A program made the translations under genes and the position numbers. Below are positions 18,703 through 27,859 of a stretch of 63,145 bases of DNA, one piece after another (position 1 is the stretch's first letter; the number at the start of each line of letters is the position of its first letter). The notes beneath the pieces are model-generated. The model saw only the letters and a program-made list of their open reading frames with translations. It did not search any database and had not been told where the DNA came from. This DNA is from an uncultured virus (IMG/VR IMGVR_UViG_3300020381_000001) (taxonomy: Duplodnaviria > Heunggongvirae > Uroviricota > Caudoviricetes): IMG/VR virus record IMGVR_UViG_3300020381_000001; one strand, given 5' to 3'.

Positions 18703-20915
18703 CAGTTCAATACGAAATCAAATCACAACTTGCAAAACTTCTTGCCACAGAAGACCTTATTGTAGAGCACAAGAAAGTTGAGACTGCATCATTCAATATT
18801 GTAAGTCGAGTATTGACTTTACCTATGTGGGAAAACACAACAGAAGATGTTGTTGATATGTTGGTAAGTCATGAGGTAGGACATGCACTCTATACTCCAA
18901 ATGAAGAGTGGTATAAAGAATATAAGATCAATCCAAGTGTTGTTAATGTTGTAGAAGATGCTCGTATTGAGAAGTTAATGAAACGTCGTTATGATGGTAT
19001 TACAAAGACTTTCTTCAAAGGATATACAGAGTTACATGATCAAGATTTCTTTGATGTAAAGAAAAAAGATATTTCTAAGTTAACTCTTGTTGATCGTATC
19101 AACCTATTCTTTAAGATTGGATCACACTACAGAATCTCATTCACAGACTATGAGAAGACACTTGTAAATCGTGTTGCAGCATGTGAAACATTTAAAGATG
19201 TATTAGAAGTATCTAAGATAATTTATGAATATTGCCTAGACGAAATTGAGAAAAGAAAAGAAGAAGAGAAAACAGAACAACAAGCAGAATTAGATCTGGA
19301 AGGTGGTGATGGTCAAGATGGTGGTGGTACAGGAGCAGAACTCGAAGATGTAAGAGATGATTGGTATGATGAAGATGGTAATATGACTGAACCTGATGAA
19401 GATGATTCTGATGTTGAGAGTCATCAAGTTATACCAGAAGGGGCTAGTAGTTCTGGTATTCAAATGGGAACTGGTGAATCTGAAATTGCTGAGACTGCTG
19501 AAAGTCTTGAGAGAGCATTAAAAAGTCTTGCAGTTATGGAGGGTATTGAGAATCATTATTTAGAATTACCAGATGTAGATACAGATCAAATCATTATCGA
19601 CAATGATGTTATTCATGCAATATGTGATGCTCACTTCGCATCCACTCGTAATGACTTTGAGGATAAAAGTAAGATGCCTATAGGTAGTGAGAGAGATTGG
19701 GAATTGTATAGTTTGCAAGAATCCGTCAAGGTTATGGCAGAAGCAGATGTTGAGTTTCTTAAATTTAAAAAAGATGCACAGAAAGAAGTCAACTATCTTG
19801 TTAAAGAATTTGAGATGAAGAAGTCTGCAGGTGCCTATGCTCGTGCTACTACAAGTCGTACTGGTATTCTTGACACAAGTAAATTACACACTTACAAATA
19901 CAATGAAGATCTATTCAAGAAAGTTTCTATTATTCCAGACGGTAAGAATCATGGATTAATATTTGTTCTAGATTGGTCTGGTTCAATGTCTCGTGAGATG
20001 TTAGATACTATCAAACAACTTTACAATCTAATCTGGTTCTGCAACAAAGTTCAAATACCTTTTGAGGTTTATGCTTTCACTGAAAACTTTCCTAATCAAG
20101 ATGAAAATGGTATACCGAAAGAATCTTATGAACCAAAGAATGGATTGTTCACAGTCAGACCAGGTTTTAGTTTGATGAATTTATTTACCAGTAAAGTTCG
20201 TGGTAAAAACTTAGAAAAGCAATTAAAAAACATATTTTGTATTGCTACAGCATTTAATAATTTTAATGGAGGTAGAGTCGTTCCTTTTGGCATGAGTTTA
20301 TCAGGCACACCACTTAATGAGTCAATCGTAGCACTACACAAAATCATTCCACAGTTCCGTAAAGAGAATGGTGTTGAGAAAGTTAATTGTGTAATACTTA
20401 CAGATGGTGAAGCATATTCTTTAAACTATCATCAAGAAGTTCAAAGGAACTGGGAAGATAAACCATACATGGGATCACGTTCATTAGATACCAGTTGTTT
20501 CCTACGTAATCGTAAGACAGGTAAAACATATAAGACAGGTGACTCATGGCATTCATTCACACCAGTTCTACTCAAAGACCTTCGTGATAGTTTTCCTGAT
20601 GTAAACTTTGTTGGTATTCGTATCATGGCACCAAGAGACCTTTCGAGTTTCCTTCGTGTCAACTGTGATGATTACAACAGTTCAGAGGTTGAGCAGCATA
20701 GACTTACTTGGAGAAAGACAAAAGCAGTTGCAATCAAAGGATCTGGATATCATGTTTACTTTGGATTATCATCTTCTGCCCTTGCAAATGATTCTGAATT
20801 TGAGGTCGAAGATGGTGCAACCAAGGCACAAATCAAGAGAGCATTTACTAAGTCATTAACTGCAAAGAAAATGAATAAGAAAATCTTGAATGAGTTTGTA
20901 ACTATGATTGCCTAA
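18699..20915 (+). CDS. CobT-like protein: N-terminal HExxH metallopeptidase-like domain and C-terminal VWA domain
   Basis: HEVGH, NVVEDARIE, acidic linker, MIDAS DWSGS, SGTPL and LTDGE. Confidence 0.85.
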   Translation: MTVQYEIKSQLAKLLATEDLIVEHKKVETASFNIVSRVLTLPMWENTTEDVVDMLVSHEVGHALYTPNEEWYKEYKINPSVVNVVEDARIEKLMKRRYDGITKTFFKGYTELHDQDFFDVKKKDISKLTLVDRINLFFKIGSHYRISFTDYEKTLVNRVAACETFKDVLEVSKIIYEYCLDEIEKRKEEEKTEQQAELDLEGGDGQDGGGTGAELEDVRDDWYDEDGNMTEPDEDDSDVESHQVIPEGASSSGIQMGTGESEIAETAESLERALKSLAVMEGIENHYLELPDVDTDQIIIDNDVIHAICDAHFASTRNDFEDKSKMPIGSERDWELYSLQESVKVMAEADVEFLKFKKDAQKEVNYLVKEFEMKKSAGAYARATTSRTGILDTSKLHTYKYNEDLFKKVSIIPDGKNHGLIFVLDWSGSMSREMLDTIKQLYNLIWFCNKVQIPFEVYAFTENFPNQDENGIPKESYEPKNGLFTVRPGFSLMNLFTSKVRGKNLEKQLKNIFCIATAFNNFNGGRVVPFGMSLSGTPLNESIVALHKIIPQFRKENGVEKVNCVILTDGEAYSLNYHQEVQRNWEDKPYMGSRSLDTSCFLRNRKTGKTYKTGDSWHSFTPVLLKDLRDSFPDVNFVGIRIMAPRDLSSFLRVNCDDYNSSEVEQHRLTWRKTKAVAIKGSGYHVYFGLSSSALANDSEFEVEDGATKAQIKRAFTKSLTAKKMNKKILNEFVTMIA

Positions 20916-20938
20916 ATATAAAAAAAGTGCCTATAGAG

Positions 20939-21424
20939 ATGAAGACCTATAACGAGTTCATGCAAGAGAGTAGTCTCTCTCGAATCAAAAGTAAATCTGA
21001 TAAGGGTGGCATGGCTATCCTATCAGGTTCGAGGGGTGACAAGTCAAAGAAAGAAAATAAAGCAAGAGCAAAGCAATTAGATAAAGATATTCGTGGTAAG
21101 GGTTTACCAGGTGCCACTAAGGTCACTGGATCATATGTAGAGAAAGATAAGTCTGGTAAAGAAACAAAAGTAAAGGAGAGATCTCACGTTGTCACATCTG
21201 GAAAGATGGGTAAGAGAAAATTTAAAAAGGCAGTGAAGTCACTTGGTAAGAAGTATGGACAGGACTCTGTGTTGACACAAACTAAAAAAAGTGGTAGACT
21301 ACAGGCAACACGAAAAGGTGGTCTCGGAAAAGCAAAAGGAATAGGTGTTGGTAAATTCAAACCACAAGGTAAAAACCCAGAAGGGCAATCACAAATCAAA
21401 GGTAAGACTTTTACTTATGGATAA
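20939..21424 (+). CDS. Basic protein with a T4 internal-protein capsid-targeting sequence
   Basis: MKTYNEFMQE start, GKKYGQDSVL motif, late promoter CTAAATA at 20912-20918. Confidence 0.75.
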   Translation: MKTYNEFMQESSLSRIKSKSDKGGMAILSGSRGDKSKKENKARAKQLDKDIRGKGLPGATKVTGSYVEKDKSGKETKVKERSHVVTSGKMGKRKFKKAVKSLGKKYGQDSVLTQTKKSGRLQATRKGGLGKAKGIGVGKFKPQGKNPEGQSQIKGKTFTYG

Positions 21425-21641
21425 CAAAATTGATAACTCCAATTGGAGAGAAGACTACAAAAAATATACAAGTAACAAGATGGAACTTGACTTGTTAGAG
21501 AATGGACCTAAGAGTTTATCTCAATCATGGCATCTTCAAGCATTGTATTCAAATTGGAAAAAGGTTAAGGGTATTAAAGATCCAGAACCACTTAACTTAC
21601 AATCATCATTTAAAGAATGGAATGATAGAGTAGACACTTAA
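21417..21641 (+). CDS. Conserved hypothetical protein
   Basis: WREDYK..., LLENGPKSLSQSW; ATG at 21417. Confidence 0.7.
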   Translation: MDNKIDNSNWREDYKKYTSNKMELDLLENGPKSLSQSWHLQALYSNWKKVKGIKDPEPLNLQSSFKEWNDRVDT

Positions 21642-21688
21642 ATAAGTGGCACACTATGTGTTGTATTGACATTGACATATACTATAAT
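21630..21688 (+). promoter_or_regulatory. Palindromic motif plus sigma70-like promoter
   Basis: GTAGACACTT-N4-AAGTGGCACA, then TTGTAT-16 nt-TATAAT. Confidence 0.6.
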
Positions 21689-21714
21689 AAGTATAACAAA
21701 CAAACAACTACATC

Positions 21715-22824
21715 ATGCCTTACACTCCCTTCACTGTTAAAATGACCGAAGAGCAAATTACTGATAAATTAGTATCACTTTATGGGTCAGAAATTACTAC
21801 AGCAGATATCAAAGCATTCTGCTCTATGAATGATATTCATTACAATACCGTAACCAAAAAATTACAGAAATATAAAGTATCCAAAGGTAAGTGGAATCTT
21901 GAGGTTACACAGGAAGCAGTTGAGCAGATTGAGAAAACATTCAATGCTCCATCAGCACCAGTCCAAGAGAAAAACTTAGTGCCATCAAAAGACAATACAT
22001 TTGTTCCTTTCGGTGGTTTCAAAGATGTCAAAAAGATTATTCAATCTAAGCAATTCTATCCTGCATTTATTACAGGATTGTCAGGTAATGGTAAAACATT
22101 CTCTGTTGAGCAAGCATGTGCCCAACTAAATAGAGAGTTAATTAGAGTCAACATAACAATAGAGACAGATGAAGACGATCTTATTGGTGGGTTTCGTCTT
22201 GTTGATGGCAACACTGTTTGGCACAATGGACCAGTTATCGAATCTTTGGAGAGGGGAGCTATACTCCTTTTAGATGAAATCGATTTAGCATCAAACAAGA
22301 TTCTATGTTTACAATCTATTCTTGAAGGTAAAGGTATCTTCTTGAAGAAGATAGGTAGATGGGTAAAACCTGCTGCAGGATTCAATGTGATTGCTACTGC
22401 AAACACAAAAGGTAAAGGATCTGACGATGGTAGATTCATAGGAACTAATGTTCTTAATGAAGCATTCCTTGAAAGATTCCCTGTGACCTTTGAGCAATCA
22501 TATCCATCAGTTAAGATTGAAGAGAAATTATTGAATCTACATGCTGAAAGTGTCAATGTTACTGATGATAAGTTCATCAAGAAACTTGTTGATTGGGCAG
22601 ACATCATTCGTAAGACATTCTATGATGGTGGTATTGAAGAGATTATCAGTACTCGTCGTCTTGTTCACATCATTCGTGCATTCTCTATCTTTAAAGATAA
22701 GGCAAAGGCAATCCAAGTTTGTACAAATCGTTTTGATGATGATACTAAGCAATCATTCATGGAACTTTATGACAAAGTAGATGCTGACTTTAACTTACCA
22801 GTTGACCAACAGTCAGGAGAGTGA
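21715..22824 (+). CDS. cobS: CobS-like MoxR-type AAA+ ATPase
   Basis: GLSGNGKT, LLLDEID, ATANTKGKG, NEAFLERF and ISTRRL motifs. Confidence 0.9.
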   Translation: MPYTPFTVKMTEEQITDKLVSLYGSEITTADIKAFCSMNDIHYNTVTKKLQKYKVSKGKWNLEVTQEAVEQIEKTFNAPSAPVQEKNLVPSKDNTFVPFGGFKDVKKIIQSKQFYPAFITGLSGNGKTFSVEQACAQLNRELIRVNITIETDEDDLIGGFRLVDGNTVWHNGPVIESLERGAILLLDEIDLASNKILCLQSILEGKGIFLKKIGRWVKPAAGFNVIATANTKGKGSDDGRFIGTNVLNEAFLERFPVTFEQSYPSVKIEEKLLNLHAESVNVTDDKFIKKLVDWADIIRKTFYDGGIEEIISTRRLVHIIRAFSIFKDKAKAIQVCTNRFDDDTKQSFMELYDKVDADFNLPVDQQSGE

Positions 22825-22830
22825 TATAAT
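22802..22830 (+). promoter_or_regulatory. Sigma70-like promoter
   Basis: TTGACC-17 nt-TATAAT with a TG extension. Confidence 0.7.
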
Positions 22831-23461
22831 GAACTCATGGAGTCTGTTATATGATGTCTTAAATGGAACACTTGACAAGGAGTACCCTATAGTGGATAAA
22901 AAGAAAAAAGATCCTGAGTTAGATAGGATTGAAAGAATGGGTGGATTTGAATGGACACCAGGTTCACCATGGCCACCAAGAGATCCAGAGGAAGATGGTC
23001 TTGACTATGAGAATAGTTTATATGAAACTTGCTCTGGTGATGATCTTATGGCAGATGTAGATGATCAAAGATCACATCATTTTTCATATTATGATGATGG
23101 ATTTACAATACAAGTAAAAGAACAAATGGCACACTATTTTAAATATCACGAAAAGGAAATTTTAAAAGACATTGAGGAATACGTATCTCAAACATATCAA
23201 GGACATTATACAGGCACTCAACATGAGTATCGTAATGTCCAAACACTTGATTTGATGGCTTCTAAAGATCTAGCATCTGCATTTTGTCAAGCAAACATAT
23301 TAAAATATGGAAGTAGATATGGAAATAAAGATGGTAAAAATAAAAAAGACTTGATGAAAGTGATACATTATGCTATGCTATTATTACACTTTGATGGTCA
23401 CTATAAAAAATCAGATATAACATCTGGAAATATTGACATGATCGACCACAACATGCCTTAA
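22829..23461 (+). CDS. DUF3310/SaV-like domain protein with a variable N-terminus
   Basis: HY...QTLD...FCQANILKYGSRYGNKDG...DLMKVIHY. The start codon is uncertain. Confidence 0.7.
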   Translation: MNSWSLLYDVLNGTLDKEYPIVDKKKKDPELDRIERMGGFEWTPGSPWPPRDPEEDGLDYENSLYETCSGDDLMADVDDQRSHHFSYYDDGFTIQVKEQMAHYFKYHEKEILKDIEEYVSQTYQGHYTGTQHEYRNVQTLDLMASKDLASAFCQANILKYGSRYGNKDGKNKKDLMKVIHYAMLLLHFDGHYKKSDITSGNIDMIDHNMP

Positions 23462-23463
23462 CA

Positions 23464-24147
23464 ATGAAACTACGTGAATCTATGAAATTAACAGACAGCA
23501 CTCTTACAGTTCTTAAAAACTTCGCTGGTATTAATAATTCTATCCTTGTAAAACAAGGTAGTAAACTTCGCACAATATCTGTTGCTAAAAATATTCTAGC
23601 AGAAGCAGATATAACAGAGGATTTTCCAAAAGATGTTGCAATATACGATCTTAATCAATTTTTAAATGGATTGAGTCTACATCAAGATCCTAATCTGGAT
23701 TTTAGTGCAGATTCGTATTTAACTATTAAGGAAGGTAAAAGAAGAGTAAAATATTTCTTTGCAGATCCACAAGTTATTATTGCACCACCAGAAAAAGAAA
23801 TATCTCTTCCAAGTGAAGATGTTTGCTTTCAATTAGAAAGTGTAACTTTAGAAAAATTACTTAAGGCAGCAGCAGTTTATCAACTTCCAGATTTTGCAGC
23901 AGTTGGTGAAAATGGTGTTGTAAAACTAGTTGTTCGTGATAAGAAGAATGATACATCAAATGAGTTTGCAGTAGTTGTAGGTGAAACGGATAAGGAATTT
24001 ACTTTCAATTTTAAAGTTGAAAATATTAAGATAATACCTGGTGCATATGATGTTGTAATTTCATCTAAACTTCTTGCAAAATTTACTAATTCAAGTTATA
24101 ATCTTATTTACTACATAGCATTAGAACCAGACTCTACTTTTGAATAA
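23464..24147 (+). CDS. gp45: DNA polymerase sliding clamp
   Basis: MKL...TLTVLKNFAGINNSI, AIYDLNQFL and YYIALEPDS motifs. Confidence 0.96.
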   Translation: MKLRESMKLTDSTLTVLKNFAGINNSILVKQGSKLRTISVAKNILAEADITEDFPKDVAIYDLNQFLNGLSLHQDPNLDFSADSYLTIKEGKRRVKYFFADPQVIIAPPEKEISLPSEDVCFQLESVTLEKLLKAAAVYQLPDFAAVGENGVVKLVVRDKKNDTSNEFAVVVGETDKEFTFNFKVENIKIIPGAYDVVISSKLLAKFTNSSYNLIYYIALEPDSTFE

Positions 24148-24320
24148 TGAAGTATCATCTTTACGACGAACAAGAGAGACATAAAGGAAGATTTGATTCT
24201 GTTTATGAACTTAGAAAGTTTCTCTGTGATCGTAAGTATGATATTAACTGTGATAAAGATATAGGTTGCACATTTGATTATATTAAGTCAATAAAATGGT
24301 TTTTTGAAATTGAGGAGTAA
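24147..24320 (+). CDS. Small hypothetical protein (57 aa, not in the ORF track)
   Basis: MKYHLYDEQERHKGRFDSVYELRKFLCDRKY...; ATG overlaps the gp45 stop. Confidence 0.65.
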   Translation: MKYHLYDEQERHKGRFDSVYELRKFLCDRKYDINCDKDIGCTFDYIKSIKWFFEIEE

Positions 24321-24323
24321 AGT

Positions 24324-24791
24324 ATGAATCGTAAAAAATTTGAAAAAGTTGCTTTAGTTACAGGTGGGTTTGATCCTTTACATAGTGGTCATATTTCTTA
24401 TTTGAAAAATGCAAAGGATTTAGCACCACATCTTATAGTTGGAATTAATTCTGATGAGTGGTTAGAGAGAAAAAAGAAAAATAAATTTCAAAATTGGGCA
24501 GAAAGAGCAGATATAATTAGACATTTAAATATGGTTGATGCTGTAATTTCATGGGATGATAAAGATGATTCTGCTTGTGGTGCGATAAAAAAATGTTTAG
24601 AACTGGCAGATAAAGTTATATTCTGTAATGGTGGTGATAGGAATCATGAAAATACATTGGAAGTTATGGGTTATGGTGTTGATCATAGAGTTGAGTTTAA
24701 ATATAGTATAGGTGGAGATAATAAAATGAATAGTAGTTCTTGGATACTCCAAGAATACTTTGATAGGCAACGTAAACTATTGGGGATTTAA
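24324..24791 (+). CDS. Cytidylyltransferase-family nucleotidyltransferase (TagD/RfaE-like)
   Basis: TGGFDPLHSGH (HxGH), VGINSDEWL, NGGDR and NSSSWIL motifs. Confidence 0.88.
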   Translation: MNRKKFEKVALVTGGFDPLHSGHISYLKNAKDLAPHLIVGINSDEWLERKKKNKFQNWAERADIIRHLNMVDAVISWDDKDDSACGAIKKCLELADKVIFCNGGDRNHENTLEVMGYGVDHRVEFKYSIGGDNKMNSSSWILQEYFDRQRKLLGI

Positions 24792-25024
24792 TGGCATTAT
24801 CAGAAACAGTAAAGTCATCTCTTAGAGATGCACAAGAAGATTTAAGAAATGCTCTTGCTTGTGCAGCAAGAACAGAAAAACCATTTGTCAGTAAGCACAT
24901 TGCTGATATATTAGCAAATATTGATAACCTTATAGATGCAAGTGATGTTATTGAAAAAATTGAAAATCGTAAAGATGGTGATACTGGATTTTTTGGACCT
25001 TTCTTTAACAACGATATATTATGA
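24791..25024 (+). CDS. Conserved hypothetical protein
   Basis: LRNALACAARTEKP; coupled ORF. Confidence 0.75.
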   Translation: MALSETVKSSLRDAQEDLRNALACAARTEKPFVSKHIADILANIDNLIDASDVIEKIENRKDGDTGFFGPFFNNDIL

Positions 25025-25104
25025 ATAACATAGGATTAGAAGTTGTTTTCTGGACAATACTAGCACTTTATCTTTTAGCAAAGTTGGGAGTGTTTAAAAA
25101 ATGA
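25021..25104 (+). CDS. 27-aa single-TM microprotein
   Basis: MNNIGLEVVFWTILALYLLAKLGVFKK; ATGA overlaps at both ends. Confidence 0.55.
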   Translation: MNNIGLEVVFWTILALYLLAKLGVFKK

Positions 25105-25325
25105 AATTGACACAAGAAATTATTGATCAAATACAAGAAGCAATGCTTCATACAAATCTGAAAGGTGAAATAAACTGGAAGGATGGTGATGATATTGAAG
25201 TACAGATTGCAGGTACTTTTGCAAAAGATAAATTTATTGTACTTAAAAACTCATCTAAAAATCCTTGGGTTCCTGCAGATCCTCATCCTAGATTCGATTA
25301 CGAAAAAAAGGAGTTTAAAATTTGA
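25101..25325 (+). CDS. Hypothetical protein
   Basis: Coupled ORF in a dense gene run. Confidence 0.7.
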   Translation: MKLTQEIIDQIQEAMLHTNLKGEINWKDGDDIEVQIAGTFAKDKFIVLKNSSKNPWVPADPHPRFDYEKKEFKI

Positions 25326-25555
25326 AAAAGATATTGTCAAACAATAAAATGTGTGCTAATATATGGAAGGTATGGAAGTATTCTCTCGGTTCATTCCAAG
25401 ATGAAACTACCAAAAAGTATGATGATATTGTCTGTATAATCAGATCTTTTATCTTCTTACAACTTGTGATTACCAATTGTTTTATCGTTGCAGGAAACAT
25501 TCGACACTGGAACGATCATCATACACCTCCTTATTATGAACATATTCGTGACTGA
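25322..25555 (+). CDS. Hypothetical membrane-associated protein
   Basis: WKVWKYSLGSF.D..T..YD...IRS...TNCFIVAGNIRHW. The start may be the downstream ATG. Confidence 0.7.
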   Translation: MKKILSNNKMCANIWKVWKYSLGSFQDETTKKYDDIVCIIRSFIFLQLVITNCFIVAGNIRHWNDHHTPPYYEHIRD

Positions 25556-26036
25556 TCCTGATCCTGTTGCTTCTGCTCAAGTATTACCTGACAAGCACAT
25601 TGTCAAGATGCCACTAGAAACCTGTCAAATGCTTGCTATTGTAGCATCAGAAAAGTGGGGTCATGGTTTCGGTGTATTACCTAAACTTGATGGTACTCCA
25701 TACAAGACAGAGAAAGGTGCATTCCGTAATCATCCTTGTACCGTCTGGGCACAAGATAATTACACATGGTTAATACTTCATGGTCTTGCACTATGCTATG
25801 AATACACTCATAGGTATGGTAAGAAACATAGTTGCCAATCAACTATTGCACACTGCACACAAATATTTCCACTACAAAAATCTGATCCTAAAGAATTTAC
25901 AAGGGCAATGCCTGATGAGTATAAACATGACACAAGCATTGACACTTTTACTGCTTACAAAAATTACATTAGCAGCAAACCTTGGGTTGCATCTAATTAT
26001 CTTCGTGACCCATCCAAAAAACCAAATTGGTTATAA
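25536..26036 (+). CDS. Pyrimidine-dimer DNA glycosylase / endonuclease V-like protein
   Basis: MNIFVTD..P..SA..LPDKHIVKMPLETCQML, NHPCTVW and EYTHRYGKKH motifs. Confidence 0.75.
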   Translation: MNIFVTDPDPVASAQVLPDKHIVKMPLETCQMLAIVASEKWGHGFGVLPKLDGTPYKTEKGAFRNHPCTVWAQDNYTWLILHGLALCYEYTHRYGKKHSCQSTIAHCTQIFPLQKSDPKEFTRAMPDEYKHDTSIDTFTAYKNYISSKPWVASNYLRDPSKKPNWL

Positions 26037-26039
26037 CTT

Positions 26040-26279
26040 ATGATTAACTTTATTTTTTCAGCATGCCCACCAGTTTATACTTTACCTGGCACTTGGAATG
26101 ACCCAGATACGATTGCTAAATGCAATGATACATTGATTCCACATTTCACATTTAATCCTGATTATACTTTTGGTATATCAATCGCAGTGATTACTGTTCT
26201 GTTAGCAGGGTATGGTGTGTATAAAGGATTCTTTGCTAATAAAAATTTAACAGACCCTTGGGATGATCATGACGATTAA
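26040..26279 (+). CDS. psbN: PsbN-like photosystem II assembly protein with an N-terminal extension
   Basis: TM helix followed by GYGVYKGF...LTDPWDDHDD, matching the marine cyanobacterial PsbN C-terminus. Confidence 0.8.
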   Translation: MINFIFSACPPVYTLPGTWNDPDTIAKCNDTLIPHFTFNPDYTFGISIAVITVLLAGYGVYKGFFANKNLTDPWDDHDD

Positions 26280-26505
26280 TACTCAAGGGATGTCATATGG
26301 TAATGGTGGTAGTGGTAGAAGTATTAAAGAGCAACGTGATGCTATATCACCTTTGAAGGTGAATAAAATGAATCTTCTATCTGATGCACTTAAGGTGGAA
26401 CTTAAAGAACTTATAAATGAAGTTCTTGATGAAAGAGAGTTAGAGAAGAAGATGAATGGTCCTTATGATTTTTATGATGATGACAAATTTAATTCAAAAA
26501 AATGA
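26269..26505 (+). CDS. Hypothetical protein
   Basis: ORF with LKVELKELINEVLDERE coiled coil. Confidence 0.65.
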   Translation: MTINTQGMSYGNGGSGRSIKEQRDAISPLKVNKMNLLSDALKVELKELINEVLDERELEKKMNGPYDFYDDDKFNSKK

Positions 26506-26695
26506 TCCAAGATACTTTTCAGAGACAAGTGATATACCTTATGATCGTCACCACTATAAGATAGTTTGCAAAGATCAATCTTTTGTGGTAGAATCTTGGA
26601 ATGAAGTCCAAGAGTATTGGTGGAATAGACGAGGGTTTAATTCACCAGTTATTGAGGTTATTGACAAACCAAAATCTAAAAAAGGTTTTAAATGA
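26456..26695 (+). CDS. Hypothetical protein
   Basis: DPRYFSETSDIPYDRHHYK. The start is likely a downstream ATG. Confidence 0.65.
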   Translation: MVLMIFMMMTNLIQKNDPRYFSETSDIPYDRHHYKIVCKDQSFVVESWNEVQEYWWNRRGFNSPVIEVIDKPKSKKGFK

Positions 26696-27633
26696 GTGAT
26701 TTTATATGGGTTGAAAAATATAGACCCAAAACAATTGATGAATGTATCTTACCTGAAGGTATTAAGAAAACTTTTCAGGATTTTCTAGATGCAGGTGAGA
26801 TACCAAATATGTTATTGTCAGGTCCACCAGGTATTGGCAAGACTACAGTAGCAAAAGCATTATGTAATGAATTAGGAGCAGATTTCTATGTCATTAATGG
26901 ATCGGATGAAGGACGTTTTCTTGACACTGTTCGGACGAACGCCAAGAACTTCGCATCTACCGTCTCTCTTACGAGTGACTCGAAACATAAAGTCATCATC
27001 ATTGATGAAGCAGACAATACCACTTCCGATGTACAACTCCTTCTCAGAGCGAGTATTGAGGAATTCTCCAGAAACTGTAGGTTTATCTTTACCTGCAACT
27101 ACAAAAACAAGATTATTGAGCCACTGCATTCTCGTTGCTCTGTTGTTGACTTCTCAGTTAATAAAAAAGACAAACCAGCAATAGCAGCACAATTCTTTTC
27201 TCGAATCAATCATATATTAGAAACTGAAAGGGTAGAGTCTGATAAGAAAGTTATAATACAATTAATCAATAAACATTTTCCTGATTGGAGGAGAGTGTTA
27301 AATGAGTGTCAAAGATATTCTGTAAGTGGTAAAATAGATAGTGGAATACTCGCAGCATTTTCTGATGTTGCTGTGGATGATCTAGTCAAAAATCTTAAAC
27401 AAAAAAACTTTTCTGAGGTTCGTAAATGGGTCGTTGCTAATCTAGATAATGATCCCACAGTTTTACTTCGAAGAATTTATGATACTTTATATGATACAAT
27501 GATACCAACCAGTATTCCTGCAGCAGTATTAGTGATTGCTAAGTATCAATATCAAATGGCATTTGTTGCAGATCAAGAGATAAATCTCTTAGCAGCACTT
27601 ACAGAGATTATGGTGGAGTGTGAGTTCAAATGA
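26692..27633 (+). CDS. gp44: Clamp loader large subunit
   Basis: WVEKYRP, GPPGIGKT, IIDEAD and PLHSRC motifs. Confidence 0.97.
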   Translation: MSDFIWVEKYRPKTIDECILPEGIKKTFQDFLDAGEIPNMLLSGPPGIGKTTVAKALCNELGADFYVINGSDEGRFLDTVRTNAKNFASTVSLTSDSKHKVIIIDEADNTTSDVQLLLRASIEEFSRNCRFIFTCNYKNKIIEPLHSRCSVVDFSVNKKDKPAIAAQFFSRINHILETERVESDKKVIIQLINKHFPDWRRVLNECQRYSVSGKIDSGILAAFSDVAVDDLVKNLKQKNFSEVRKWVVANLDNDPTVLLRRIYDTLYDTMIPTSIPAAVLVIAKYQYQMAFVADQEINLLAALTEIMVECEFK

Positions 27634-27767
27634 AGATACTTGAATACCTCGTTCTAATAGGTGTAATTATATTCTTAGGATTTGTATTCCTTATTGAGAT
27701 AATAGATTTATTTTTTATCAGACCTATCTTTAGATTATTTAAAAAGAAAAAACGAAGGAGAAAATGA
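27630..27767 (+). CDS. 45-aa membrane microprotein with a basic tail
   Basis: Hydrophobic stretch followed by KKKKRRRK; ATGA-coupled. Confidence 0.55.
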   Translation: MKILEYLVLIGVIIFLGFVFLIEIIDLFFIRPIFRLFKKKKRRRK

Positions 27768-27859
27768 ATCTATTTGGACTTATTGGAATTTTTGTGCTAA
27801 TATCAGGTATTGCATCTGGTTTTGTTGCATACTTCGCTATTATGGACTTATTAAAATGA
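27764..27859 (+). CDS. 31-aa membrane microprotein
   Basis: MNLFGLIGIFVLISGIASGFVAYFAIMDLLK; AAGGAG RBS; ATGA-coupled. Confidence 0.55.
   Translation: MNLFGLIGIFVLISGIASGFVAYFAIMDLLK

Noticed and set aside
21715..22824. Functional cobalamin biosynthesis pathway
   Set aside because: Only a CobS-like ATPase and CobT-like partner are present; there is no cobN or other cob gene in the window.
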